Shown here: piece by piece, positions 34,144 to 43,130 of the stretch
How positions within the stretch are numbered: the stretch's first letter is position 1
Layout of the letters: every line of letters starts with the position of its first letter
From: Candidatus Gastranaerophilales bacterium
GTDB lineage: Bacteria; Cyanobacteriota; Vampirovibrionia; Gastranaerophilales; Gastranaerophilaceae
Length of the DNA: 64,000 nucleotides
Assembly: GCA_944323425.1 (NCBI GenBank)
Contig: CALUSL010000004.1
Coordinates: 1,778-65,777, forward strand
Direction of reading: 5' to 3'
Position numbers and translations under genes: made by a program
The notes under the pieces: generated by a model
Database searches by the model: none
Told to the model about the DNA's origin: nothing
What the model saw: the letters and a program-made list of their open reading frames with translations, nothing else

Positions 34144-35370
34144 ATGATTATACCCAGCATAGACTTGATGTCCGGAAAGGCTGTACAGCTCCGGCAGGGA
34201 GTTGAAAAAGTATTAGAAAGAAGCGACGTAATAGAGCTTGCCAAGTATTACGGCAGGTTTGGCGAAATCGCTGTCATAGACCTTGATGCTGCTGTCGGCA
34301 ACGGCAATAACGAAGAACTCATTAAAAAAATATGCGCCGTAGCTGAATGCCGAGTCGGCGGAGGTATCAGAACAACAGAAAAAGCGAAAAGAATGCTCGC
34401 AAACGGCGCACGAAAAATCATAATCGGCACTGCAGCTGACGAGGATTTTCTCTCGAAACTTCCGAAATCCCGTGTACTTGTGGCAATAGATGCAAAGGAC
34501 GGCAAAGTCGCGACCCACGGCTGGACGAAATCCACAAACGAAACACCAAAAGATATGGTAAGACGTTTTGACAAATACTGCTCTGGATATTTGTACACGA
34601 TTGTCGAAAAAGAGGGAATGATGCAGGGCACGAACATTGATGCCATAAAAGAAATCAGAAATCTTACGACAAAAGAACTTGTAGCGGCAGGCGGAATTTC
34701 TACAGTGGAGGAGATTGTTACTCTCCAGCGGCTCAATATTCACACACAGCTTGGTATGTGTATTTACACGGGAAAGGTTACTCTCGAGGATGCTTTCACA
34801 AAATGTCTTGACTTTGAAAAAAGATACGGTTACCTGCCCACGGTTGTTCAGGATGTGGACACAAAACAGGTTCTCATGCTCGCTTACTCCACACCGGAAT
34901 CTGTTAGAAAAACTTTATCAACAGGTATTGCGACATATTTCAGCCGCTCAAGAAACAAAATCTGGGTAAAGGGCGAAACTTCCGGAAACACCCAGAAGCT
35001 CGTCACAGCGCGTTTTGACTGTGACATGGATGCGCTGCTTTTCAAAGTAAAACAGAAAGGAAACGCATGCCATCTCGGGCGTTATTCCTGTTTTGGGGAT
35101 AAAGATTTTACAATAGAAGATTTGTATTCACTGCTTCTTGACAGAAAAAAACTTATGCCTGAAAATTCTTACACAACGAAGCTTTTCGAAGATGAATTTT
35201 ATCTTAAGCGTAAGATTATGGAAGAGGCGTTTGAGTCGGTAAACTACGAACAGGGCGACGGGCTTGCATGGGAAGCCGCTGATCTTGCGTATTTTATGCT
35301 AACATTTATGGCAAAACATAATGTTACACCTCAGGATATTTTGAACAATCTTGCTTCAAGAGCTAAATAA
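34144..35370 (+). CDS. Tri-domain histidine-biosynthesis fusion: HisA-like TIM barrel + PR-AMP cyclohydrolase (HisI) + PR-ATP pyrophosphatase (HisE)
   Basis: N-terminus MIIPSIDLMSGKAVQLRQG...VGGGIRT...AAGGIST is HisA/HisF-family. The middle, SRSRNKIWVKGETSGNTQ...DCDMDALLFKVKQKGNACHLGRYSCFG, is HisI. The C-terminus, SYTTKLF...KIMEEAFE...EAADLAYFML, is HisE. Confidence 0.8.
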   Translation: MIIPSIDLMSGKAVQLRQGVEKVLERSDVIELAKYYGRFGEIAVIDLDAAVGNGNNEELIKKICAVAECRVGGGIRTTEKAKRMLANGARKIIIGTAADEDFLSKLPKSRVLVAIDAKDGKVATHGWTKSTNETPKDMVRRFDKYCSGYLYTIVEKEGMMQGTNIDAIKEIRNLTTKELVAAGGISTVEEIVTLQRLNIHTQLGMCIYTGKVTLEDAFTKCLDFEKRYGYLPTVVQDVDTKQVLMLAYSTPESVRKTLSTGIATYFSRSRNKIWVKGETSGNTQKLVTARFDCDMDALLFKVKQKGNACHLGRYSCFGDKDFTIEDLYSLLLDRKKLMPENSYTTKLFEDEFYLKRKIMEEAFESVNYEQGDGLAWEAADLAYFMLTFMAKHNVTPQDILNNLASRAK

Positions 35371-35445
35371 TTTATAAACGACTGTCTTTTTATATAAAAA
35401 CATTACAAATTGGCATTGTATTTTTTTATAAAGTAAAATACTTAT

Positions 35446-36507
35446 ATGAAAATGAGAAATGTACTTGTACTGTTTATAATATCGTTTTTGTGCATAATTT
35501 TTTGCATAAACCATTTTTCATACAAGTATGCGGATAGCAGAATAGATTCGATTTGTACACGAATAAAAATCATCACCCCGCCGCAAAAAACGACATCAGT
35601 GTTGACTGAAAGCGAAAGGCTTGTTGTGACATTGTGCGCCGCAACAGTAGCCGTGTTTGTGTTCGTTCTCACAAAACCCTTCTTCGGAAGCCTTTTGATG
35701 ATTGTTTTTTTAATAGCGTATTTTGCTTCGTACAAGCTGCTTTGCGACAACGGCATATTTGTAAATCTGCTTGCACCTGTAGTTTCGGTGCTTATTACTC
35801 CGCTGTTTTTGCAGACCTGTAAAAAAGTTCTCCTGAGTGACAAATCAGGACGAATCCAGAAAATTCTGGACAAATATATTTCAAAGGACCTTACTGACAA
35901 AATCATGAAAAACCCCGACAGAGTCGAGCTGGGAGGAAAAAAAGCTGAGATTACGGTGATGTTTGCTGATATCAGAGGGTTTACAACAATATCAGAAACA
36001 CGTACGGCTGAAGAAGTCTCTGCGCTTTTGAACGAATACTTCACGGAAATTGAGCCGATAATAAACAAATATAACGGCGTGATTAACAAATTCATAGGTG
36101 ATGCGGTTCTTGTTATTTTTGGCGAACCCGTGCAGGACAGGGAGCATGCGAAAAATGCCGTAAAATGTGCGTACGAGATTGCTGCAAAAGTGAAGAAAAT
36201 ACAAGAAAAATGGGTTGATGAAGGAAAACCGAAAATAGATATCGGCATAGGCATAAATACCGGAGACGCTTTTGTCGGAAACATAGGTACCCAAAACAGA
36301 TTTGAATACACTGTCATCGGCGATACCGTAAATATCGCAAGCAGAATTGAGGGTTACAACAGAATCTACAAAACCCGCATTCTCATAAGCCAGAACACCT
36401 ACAACAAACTATCCCACATCGTGGACGTAATAAAAATTCGCGAGGTGGACCTGAAAGGAAAAACAAAAAAAATCGACATATACGAAGTCCTGAGAATTAC
36501 CGAATAA
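35446..36507 (+). CDS. Membrane-anchored class III adenylate/guanylate cyclase
   Basis: About 140 aa with roughly four TM helices, then the cyclase-homology domain (ITVMFADIRGFT, KFIGDAVLVIFG, IGINTGDAFVGNIG, YTVIGDTVNIASR). Confidence 0.85.
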   Translation: MKMRNVLVLFIISFLCIIFCINHFSYKYADSRIDSICTRIKIITPPQKTTSVLTESERLVVTLCAATVAVFVFVLTKPFFGSLLMIVFLIAYFASYKLLCDNGIFVNLLAPVVSVLITPLFLQTCKKVLLSDKSGRIQKILDKYISKDLTDKIMKNPDRVELGGKKAEITVMFADIRGFTTISETRTAEEVSALLNEYFTEIEPIINKYNGVINKFIGDAVLVIFGEPVQDREHAKNAVKCAYEIAAKVKKIQEKWVDEGKPKIDIGIGINTGDAFVGNIGTQNRFEYTVIGDTVNIASRIEGYNRIYKTRILISQNTYNKLSHIVDVIKIREVDLKGKTKKIDIYEVLRITE

Positions 36508-38885
36508 TGGATATAGAAAAACTTAGAGCCGCAATAGAGGTTGAGCAGAAAAATCAATATATTGATATAAGAGGGAGAATGTGCAGCTTTTCGCAGTTTA
36601 TACTGAATGAGCTTCTCTCGCTGTATAAATCGTCTAAAAAAAATCCCAAATGGCTTATACTCTCGAAAGAATTTGAAACTTACTCAATGGCTTCTGTTTC
36701 CGCGAGACGAAAAGCTGTGCAGCGGCTTGTTTATACACTGCACAAGGAACTTCATCCCGACGACAGACCGAAACACCCAAACTCGACCTCACCCGGGGAA
36801 ACAGACGTTATTTATATAAAAGGTGTCGGTCCAAAAGTTGGAAGCCTTTTGCACAAACTCGGTATTTATACTGCAAGAGACCTGATTTTTTATTTCCCGA
36901 AACGCCATATCGACTACTCCTCAAGAACGAGGATTTCGCATTTGAAAGAGGGTGAAAACGCTACAGTTATAGGTGTAATTCGCTCGGTAAGCGCTTTTAC
37001 ATCCCCGAAAGGACTAAGCGTGGTCTCTGTTTCAATAACGGACGGCACAGGCATTTTGAAACTCACATTTTTCTATAAAAAAGCGAACAAATTCATGCTT
37101 GAGCACTACAAATCAGCGTTTGTTAAGGGCGCAAACATTATTGTTTCTGGTAAGGCAAAAAAAGACAACTACGCAGGCTGTTTTACAATTGACAAACCCG
37201 AATATCAGGTGCTCTCCGGCGAATTCGACGAAAAATCGAACCTGAATCTTGCGAGAATCGTTCCTGTTTATCAGCTGGTTGAAGGGCTAAATATAAAAAC
37301 GCTAAGACGCGCAATATATAATGCGATTGAACAGTTTTACGACAGCATAGAAAACGTAATCCCTGAATACATCAGGAACCGGCAGGTCCTTATGGACAGA
37401 CGCGAAGCAATAAAACAGATTCACTTTCCGGATGATGAGGAAAAAATGGGCAATGCCCGTTTCTCGCTTGTGTTCGAAGAGTTTTTCCTTCTTCAGCTCC
37501 AACTTGCGCTTACGAGGGAAACAAACTCCCGCAGAATAAAATCAATCCCCCTGAAAATTAAAGAAGACGGGCTTGTTAAAAATTTTATAAAAAGCCTGCC
37601 CTTTGAACTCACGGGTGCACAAAAAAAAGCGTTGAATGAGATACTCGCCGATATTGCCTCTGATATACCAATGCAAAGGCTGCTGCAGGGAGATGTCGGA
37701 AGCGGAAAAACAGTTGTTGCGTGCGCAATGCTGCTTTCCGCAATTGAAAACGGGTATCAGGGCGCACTTATGGCGCCCACGGAAATCCTTGCACAGCAGC
37801 ATTTTAACAATTTTGTTCAGTGGCTCACGCCGCTCGGACTGAGCATAGGACTGTTTACGGGTACAAATCCTGCAAAAGTCCGCAAAAAACTAGAGACGGA
37901 TTTGAAAAACGGACAGCTCGATATAGCCATAGGCACGCATGCGCTTATTCAAAGCAGCATTGAGTTTAAAAATCTCGGCGCAATTGTAATTGACGAGCAG
38001 CACAGATTCGGCGTAAAACAGCGTCTTGAACTTATGAAAAAGGGAAACAATGCTCAGATGCTCACAATGACTGCAACACCGATTCCCAGAACGCTTGCAC
38101 TGACGACTCACGGGGATTTGGACTTTTCGATTATCGATGAAATGCCCAAAAACAGAAAACCTATTATTACAACAATCGCTAAGGGCTCACAGCGAAAAAA
38201 GGCATACGAACTTATACGAAATCAGATTAACGCCGGACATCAGGCATATGTCGTGTATCCGCTTATCGACGAAAGCGAAACACTATCCGCAAAAGCAGCG
38301 ACAATCGAAGCTCAGCGCCTGCAAGAATCAGTCTTTCCTGACTTTAAAATCGGACTCTTGCATGGAAAGCTCTCGAACGATGAAAAAGATGATGTCATGG
38401 ACAAATTTAAAAACAAACAGTACGACATTCTTGTGTCCACAACCGTTGTCGAAGTCGGCGTGGACGTGCCTAACGCAACAGTCATGATGATAGAAAACGC
38501 AGAACGATTCGGTCTCTCCCAGCTGCACCAGTTGAGAGGACGTGTCGGACGCTCTTCCCTCCAGTCGTATTGTATCCTCTGTCCGGGCTCAAACTCTCAA
38601 ACTACCCTTGACCGGTTGAAAATAATGGAAGAAACGAACAACGGGTTTATTATCTCAGAAAAAGACCTCGAACTCAGAGGTCCCGGAGAATTTTTGGGTA
38701 CACGCCAGAGCGGGCTCGCGTCTTTTGTGCTTGCTGATATAATTCGAGATACTAAAATACTTGAGCTCGCCAGAAAAGAAGCGTTTGAACTTGTCGAAGA
38801 GCACAACGATGCTATCGACGAAACACTGAAATCCGAGTTGGAGCAGAAGTTTAATAAAGTTCAGGATTTGTCCCTGATTGACTAG
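36507..38885 (+). CDS. recG: ATP-dependent DNA helicase RecG (long N-terminal extension)
   Basis: HhH-like IKGVGPKVGSLL, wedge/OB region, GDVGSGKT, DEQHRFG, TATPIPRT and QLRGRVGR. The ATG shares one base with the cyclase stop codon (TAATG). Confidence 0.92.
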   Translation: MDIEKLRAAIEVEQKNQYIDIRGRMCSFSQFILNELLSLYKSSKKNPKWLILSKEFETYSMASVSARRKAVQRLVYTLHKELHPDDRPKHPNSTSPGETDVIYIKGVGPKVGSLLHKLGIYTARDLIFYFPKRHIDYSSRTRISHLKEGENATVIGVIRSVSAFTSPKGLSVVSVSITDGTGILKLTFFYKKANKFMLEHYKSAFVKGANIIVSGKAKKDNYAGCFTIDKPEYQVLSGEFDEKSNLNLARIVPVYQLVEGLNIKTLRRAIYNAIEQFYDSIENVIPEYIRNRQVLMDRREAIKQIHFPDDEEKMGNARFSLVFEEFFLLQLQLALTRETNSRRIKSIPLKIKEDGLVKNFIKSLPFELTGAQKKALNEILADIASDIPMQRLLQGDVGSGKTVVACAMLLSAIENGYQGALMAPTEILAQQHFNNFVQWLTPLGLSIGLFTGTNPAKVRKKLETDLKNGQLDIAIGTHALIQSSIEFKNLGAIVIDEQHRFGVKQRLELMKKGNNAQMLTMTATPIPRTLALTTHGDLDFSIIDEMPKNRKPIITTIAKGSQRKKAYELIRNQINAGHQAYVVYPLIDESETLSAKAATIEAQRLQESVFPDFKIGLLHGKLSNDEKDDVMDKFKNKQYDILVSTTVVEVGVDVPNATVMMIENAERFGLSQLHQLRGRVGRSSLQSYCILCPGSNSQTTLDRLKIMEETNNGFIISEKDLELRGPGEFLGTRQSGLASFVLADIIRDTKILELARKEAFELVEEHNDAIDETLKSELEQKFNKVQDLSLID

Positions 38886-39033
38886 AATCAGGTGATTTGT
38901 TCACGAAATCTTTTATTGAAGCATTGTACTCCGCATCAAGACATCTCAATCTTGCTTTAAGATTGTTCAGGGGATTGAATTTTAAGGACAGAGATTCCTT
39001 TGCCAGACGGCTTTCTAATTTGTTTATTTTCAT
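38851..39033 (-). CDS. Possible small coiled-coil protein (60 aa) converging on and overlapping the recG 3' end
   Basis: A strong SD (GGTGAGGAAAGG) lies about 6 nt before the ATG. The last 35 nt overlap recG antisense. No family assignment. Confidence 0.35.
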   Translation of the reverse strand: MKINKLESRLAKESLSLKFNPLNNLKARLRCLDAEYNASIKDFVNKSPDSSQSGTNPELY

Positions 39034-39214
39034 TACTAACCTTTCCTCACCATCATGAGTTATTAGTTTCGACTTCCGGTTTTCCTACCGGGTTTATTAT
39101 TATATAATAAAATAAAAAAAAGTACACAAAAAAATTGCCCGACCGGCTACTTTTTGAAAAACAGAAACCAACACATCAATTTTTGAGTAAAAAATTTAAA
39201 AAAGGAAAAATAAT

Positions 39215-39739
39215 ATGGCTGAAAAAATAATTATCTTATCCGGAAAGCAATACTCTGGAAAAGACACGGCAGCAAAAATTCTGCTGGAAGAACTAAAAGA
39301 CTTTAAAAGAATCGGACTCGGAGACGCTATAAAAATAGAGTATTCAGAAAACACCGGACTCAGCGTGGAAGAAATAGAAAAAAACAAACACCTCTACCGC
39401 CCTGACCTTATTGCTCTCGGGAATAAGAGACGCGCACAGGACAGCGACTACTGGATAAAAAAAGTTATTGCGCAGAGCGGAAATATCATCGTACCCGATG
39501 TACGCGTAAAGCGAGAGCTCGAATTTTTTAAAGCAGAAAACGCTTTCAGAATAAGAGTTGAGTCGGATGCGGAAAAACGCGCTCTGAGAGGGACTCTGAC
39601 CAGTGCAGATGACCCTACGGAAACGGCTCTGGATGACGTAACAGACTGGAACGCCGTTATATACAACAACTCAACCTATGAGGACTTTAAAAACGAAACG
39701 CTCGCACTTGTTTCGCAAATCCGAAATTTTTTCCAATAA
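39215..39739 (+). CDS. P-loop kinase resembling animal-type phosphomevalonate kinase (PF04275-like)
   Basis: By my recollection of human PMVK, the following are collinear with it: IILSGKQYSGKDT (cf. LLFSGKRKSGKDF), LGDAIKIEYSENTGL, YRPDLIALGNKRRAQDSDYW, VPDVRVKRELEFF, RIRVESDAEKRALRG and DDPTETALDDVTDWNAVIYNN. Confidence 0.6.
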   Translation: MAEKIIILSGKQYSGKDTAAKILLEELKDFKRIGLGDAIKIEYSENTGLSVEEIEKNKHLYRPDLIALGNKRRAQDSDYWIKKVIAQSGNIIVPDVRVKRELEFFKAENAFRIRVESDAEKRALRGTLTSADDPTETALDDVTDWNAVIYNNSTYEDFKNETLALVSQIRNFFQ

Positions 39740-40138
39740 AAATGCCGCCAAACACTGACGGCAAACATTCATCATGGAGAAAAGGAGTGGAAGAGAAAGT
39801 ATAAAGAGAATTGGCTACATTTTTATAATTCCCACATTTGTGATATCAATAACATATACGTTTTATATACATTACAAAACTTCATAATTTATTAACAAAA
39901 AATATAAAAAAACATTATATTTGAGTACAAAACATTATAAAGCTAGAAGTATTATATACTTAGTATACAATAGACTACGGACTTTTAACTTATATTAAAA
40001 AATAATAAATTTTTAACTACATTTTCTTTACTATTTCATATTTTTTAAATACTATTAAACTAAGAAGTTATATAGATTTATGTTTAAAAAAAGTATATAG
40101 CAACTACAACGTATTAGATTATAAAAGAGGGTCAATCA

Positions 40139-41365
40139 GTGGAAAATATGGGACCAGACTTCTTTGGGAAAAGAGAAAGTGAAGAAACATCAGCTTCGCA
40201 AATGTCACTCGCTGTAAACAACGTAGCTGACATTAAAGTCGTCGGAGTTGGCGGCGGCGGCGGTAATGCTGTTAACAGAATGATAAAAGCAGGACTCAGC
40301 GGCGTAGACTTCTGGGCAATGAATACGGACAATCAGGTACTTGAAATGTCACTTGCTCAGAATAGAATAAGACTTGGCGGAAAGCTCACCTGCGGACTCG
40401 GTGCCGGTGGAGACCCGTCAGTCGGAGAAAAAGCTGCTGAAGAAACAAGAGACCAGATTGTTCAGGCTCTTGACAATGCAGATATGGTATTTATTACAGC
40501 CGGCATGGGCGGTGGTACCGGAACAGGCGCAGCTCCTGTTGTTGCAAAAATTGCAAAAGAGCTCGGCGCTTTGACTATCGGTGTCGTTACAAAACCGTTC
40601 AGTTTTGAAGGCAAAAGAAGAATGAATCAGGCTCTTCAGGGTCTTGAAAAACTCAAAGAAACTGTAGACGCTCTTATCGTCATTCCGAATGACAAACTTA
40701 TAGAAGTTGTTGAAAGAAGAACTACACTGAAAGAAGCTTTTCAGGTGGTTGATGAAGTTCTGCTGAGAGGTGTTCAGGGTATCTCCGATATTATCACTGT
40801 TCCCGGACTCATCAATGTAGACTTTGCAGATGTAAAAGCTGTTATGCAGTCCAGTGGTTCAGCTCTTATGGGTATCGGTAGAGGAACCGGCGAAGGCAGA
40901 GCAATGGAAGCTGCAAAACTCGCTATCAATTCTCCGCTGCTTGAAACTTCTATCAACGGAGCTTCCGGTATCATTATGAACGTAACCGGCGGACCTGACA
41001 TGACTCTGCACGAAGTTACAGAAGCTGCTCAGGTTATTCATGACGCTGTTGCGGAAGATGCTATCGTTACTTTCGGTTCTGTAATTGATGACAGAATTCA
41101 GGGAGAAATTCAGATTACAGTTATTGCAACAGGATTTGAAATGAAAACTCCGGATATTATCCAGAAGAAAGAACAGCCCAAAGCTATCAGTGCTGCAGAC
41201 TTCTTCTCCGGTTCATTCAATTCTGCTTCTTCTCAAAACAACAATGCTCAAAATAATCAAAACCTGATATCTTCACCGCAGCCGAAACCTGCAATGGCTC
41301 CGGCTCAAAAATCACAATCAGATTTGATGAGTATAATTGATATTCCTCCGTTTTTACAGAAGTAA
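40139..41365 (+). CDS. ftsZ: Cell division protein FtsZ
   Basis: [13 protein letters not shown] and [13 protein letters not shown] tubulin signatures. The GTG start at 40139 lies 7 nt after AAGAGGG. The C-terminal tail ends with the conserved DIPPFLQK peptide. Confidence 0.93.
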   Translation: MENMGPDFFGKRESEETSASQMSLAVNNVADIKVVGVGGGGGNAVNRMIKAGLSGVDFWAMNTDNQVLEMSLAQNRIRLGGKLTCGLGAGGDPSVGEKAAEETRDQIVQALDNADMVFITAGMGGGTGTGAAPVVAKIAKELGALTIGVVTKPFSFEGKRRMNQALQGLEKLKETVDALIVIPNDKLIEVVERRTTLKEAFQVVDEVLLRGVQGISDIITVPGLINVDFADVKAVMQSSGSALMGIGRGTGEGRAMEAAKLAINSPLLETSINGASGIIMNVTGGPDMTLHEVTEAAQVIHDAVAEDAIVTFGSVIDDRIQGEIQITVIATGFEMKTPDIIQKKEQPKAISAADFFSGSFNSASSQNNNAQNNQNLISSPQPKPAMAPAQKSQSDLMSIIDIPPFLQK

Positions 41366-41383
41366 ACGGTAAATGAGTTAACG

Positions 41384-41417
41384 AAAAAGGCTTTGCATAT
41401 AATTGCAAAGCCTTTTT
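41384..41417. terminator. Bidirectional rho-independent terminator (ftsZ / bcp)
   Basis: AAAAAGGCTTTGCA-tataat-TGCAAAGCCTTTTT is a 14-bp perfect inverted repeat flanked by A- and T-runs. Confidence 0.8.
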
Positions 41418-41481
41418 AAATAAATATTTTAAGAGAGTATGCACTGAACCAGCTAAATCTCTCAGTAAAGTGCTTAATATA

Positions 41482-41940
41482 CTAGGTTAGCTCAGCGAGC
41501 ACTTCATCCACATGCCCTTTGACTTTTACTTTGCGCCATTCTTTAACTACTTCACCTGTTTCATCAATTAAAAAAGTAGAACGAATAATTCCCATATACT
41601 TTTTTCCATACATTGATTTTTCGCCCCAAGCTCCGAATGCTTCGGCTAGAGCATGATTACTGTCAGAGAGGAGCACAAAGTTTAATTCATGTTTCTCACG
41701 AAAATTTTTGTGACTCTTTATACTGTCAGGGCTGACACCAACGACCTGAGACTTTGATGTCCAGCGTTTTTTGTTTTCTTTAAAATCGCAAGCTTCCTGT
41801 GTGCAGCCAGAGGTATTGTCCTTTGGATAGAAATATAAAATAGTCCGTTTGCCTGTAAAATCAGAGATTTTATATTCACGTTCTTCTCCGTTTTCATCGA
41901 TACCTGTAAGTATAATGTTATTAATATCTTTTAAATTCAT
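41482..41940 (-). CDS. bcp: Thioredoxin-dependent thiol peroxidase (Bcp/PrxQ peroxiredoxin)
   Basis: FYPKDNTSGCTQEAC peroxidatic-Cys motif; 152 aa. Confidence 0.88.
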   Translation of the reverse strand: MNLKDINNIILTGIDENGEEREYKISDFTGKRTILYFYPKDNTSGCTQEACDFKENKKRWTSKSQVVGVSPDSIKSHKNFREKHELNFVLLSDSNHALAEAFGAWGEKSMYGKKYMGIIRSTFLIDETGEVVKEWRKVKVKGHVDEVLAELT

Positions 41941-41957
41941 ACGCGTTCCTTTTTTAA

Positions 41958-43094
41958 TTATCCGACAAGAGAGATTGCTTTTCCTGCGTTGTTTCCTCTC
42001 TTTTTTACTGCGCCTGCAGTAGTTCCTGCAACGGCTGCTGTCAGAGCAGATGCCATGACGAGAAATTTATTTTTTTGCATTTTGCCTTTGACCTGTTTTA
42101 TATTGAAGAGCTTTGCTGCATTTTTGCTAAAAAGTTTTTCTATAATCTCTTCCGCATAAGGTGCAAGTTCAATATCGTTTCTTATCTTAGCTTGTATACG
42201 TTGAATCCTGCCTATGTACGATGGTCTGTAATTCTCGCCGCGTTTTCCCAGAGGTGCGTCCGTTCCGAATACAATCCTGCTAAGTCCGTCTTTTGTCTCT
42301 TTCATTAGGCGTTTCAGCGAATCTACGAGCACATCTTCGTCAACCCACGCAGTGTCTGCATAAAGGTTTGCGTCTTTGTTTTTTATTGAGTCAATCAAAA
42401 TTTGCAAACCTGCATAATTGTCGCTTTTAGAGCCCATACCCATGTGCCCCATAATAACAGGCGTGTTTATACCGTCTTTTTTTAGTCGTTTTGCAAACTC
42501 ATACATCCTTGCAGGAGAAGAGTATGGCGAATTTTTATTGTCGGAATGAAAGAGTGACGGCTTTTTGTATTTCTGCGCGATTCGCATATAGGGCAGATAA
42601 ACATCATAATTGTCAGTCACAGACTTTTGAAATATTTCTGGATGAAATTTTAAACCAAAGAATTTGTCGTGGTAGAGTTTGAACAGTCTTTCAATTTCTC
42701 CGGCGCTTCCGTATCCTGTCTCGCAAACCGCAAGTGGACGGACTTTTTTGTCAATTTTTGACGGAGCATAATTCTCTATTGACGCGCTGTTTTTTATTAA
42801 ATTAAATTTTTCAAGCAGCCTCTTGTTCCCGTTGAACTCATCCGCGCTGGGTCTTCCGTTTAGAATATCTAAACAGTCAGCATCTGAAATTATAATATCA
42901 GATGCATCCCATAGCTGATTCTGGTTTCTGCTCGTAATCTGGATACTGTCATTAAAAATGTTTTCAAGCTCATATTTTGCACCGCGCAGATATTCATCAG
43001 TGTGCAATTTTCCTGTGTGGACATGTGCATCTGTATAGTATTTGTGCACATATCCGGCTCTGGCAGACCCGAAGCTATCAATTCTCATTCTCAC
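41958..43094 (-). CDS. Metal-dependent amidohydrolase-fold (TIM barrel) protein with a C-terminal hydrophobic tail
   Basis: DAHVHTG (HxH), GLKFHPE, LFHSD, MGHMG and GTDAP are spaced as in amidohydrolase-2-type enzymes. The tail is FLVMASALTAAVAGTTAGAV. The start is GTG at 43094 or ATG at 43088. Confidence 0.6.
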   Translation of the reverse strand: MRMRIDSFGSARAGYVHKYYTDAHVHTGKLHTDEYLRGAKYELENIFNDSIQITSRNQNQLWDASDIIISDADCLDILNGRPSADEFNGNKRLLEKFNLIKNSASIENYAPSKIDKKVRPLAVCETGYGSAGEIERLFKLYHDKFFGLKFHPEIFQKSVTDNYDVYLPYMRIAQKYKKPSLFHSDNKNSPYSSPARMYEFAKRLKKDGINTPVIMGHMGMGSKSDNYAGLQILIDSIKNKDANLYADTAWVDEDVLVDSLKRLMKETKDGLSRIVFGTDAPLGKRGENYRPSYIGRIQRIQAKIRNDIELAPYAEEIIEKLFSKNAAKLFNIKQVKGKMQKNKFLVMASALTAAVAGTTAGAVKKRGNNAGKAISLVG

Positions 43095-43130
43095 TTTATC
43101 CCTTTATTTTACACAATCACACATTATTGG

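Noticed and set aside
34213-34743. 176-aa and 162-aa minus-strand ORFs
   Set aside because: They are antisense to the HisA-like domain of the his fusion gene. No independent support.
35442-36317. 291-aa ORF on the minus strand
   Set aside because: It is fully antisense to the class III cyclase gene, whose motifs are unmistakable on the plus strand. The product is hydrophobic, low-complexity and Ser/Phe/Ile-rich, and there is no SD. It is a shadow ORF.
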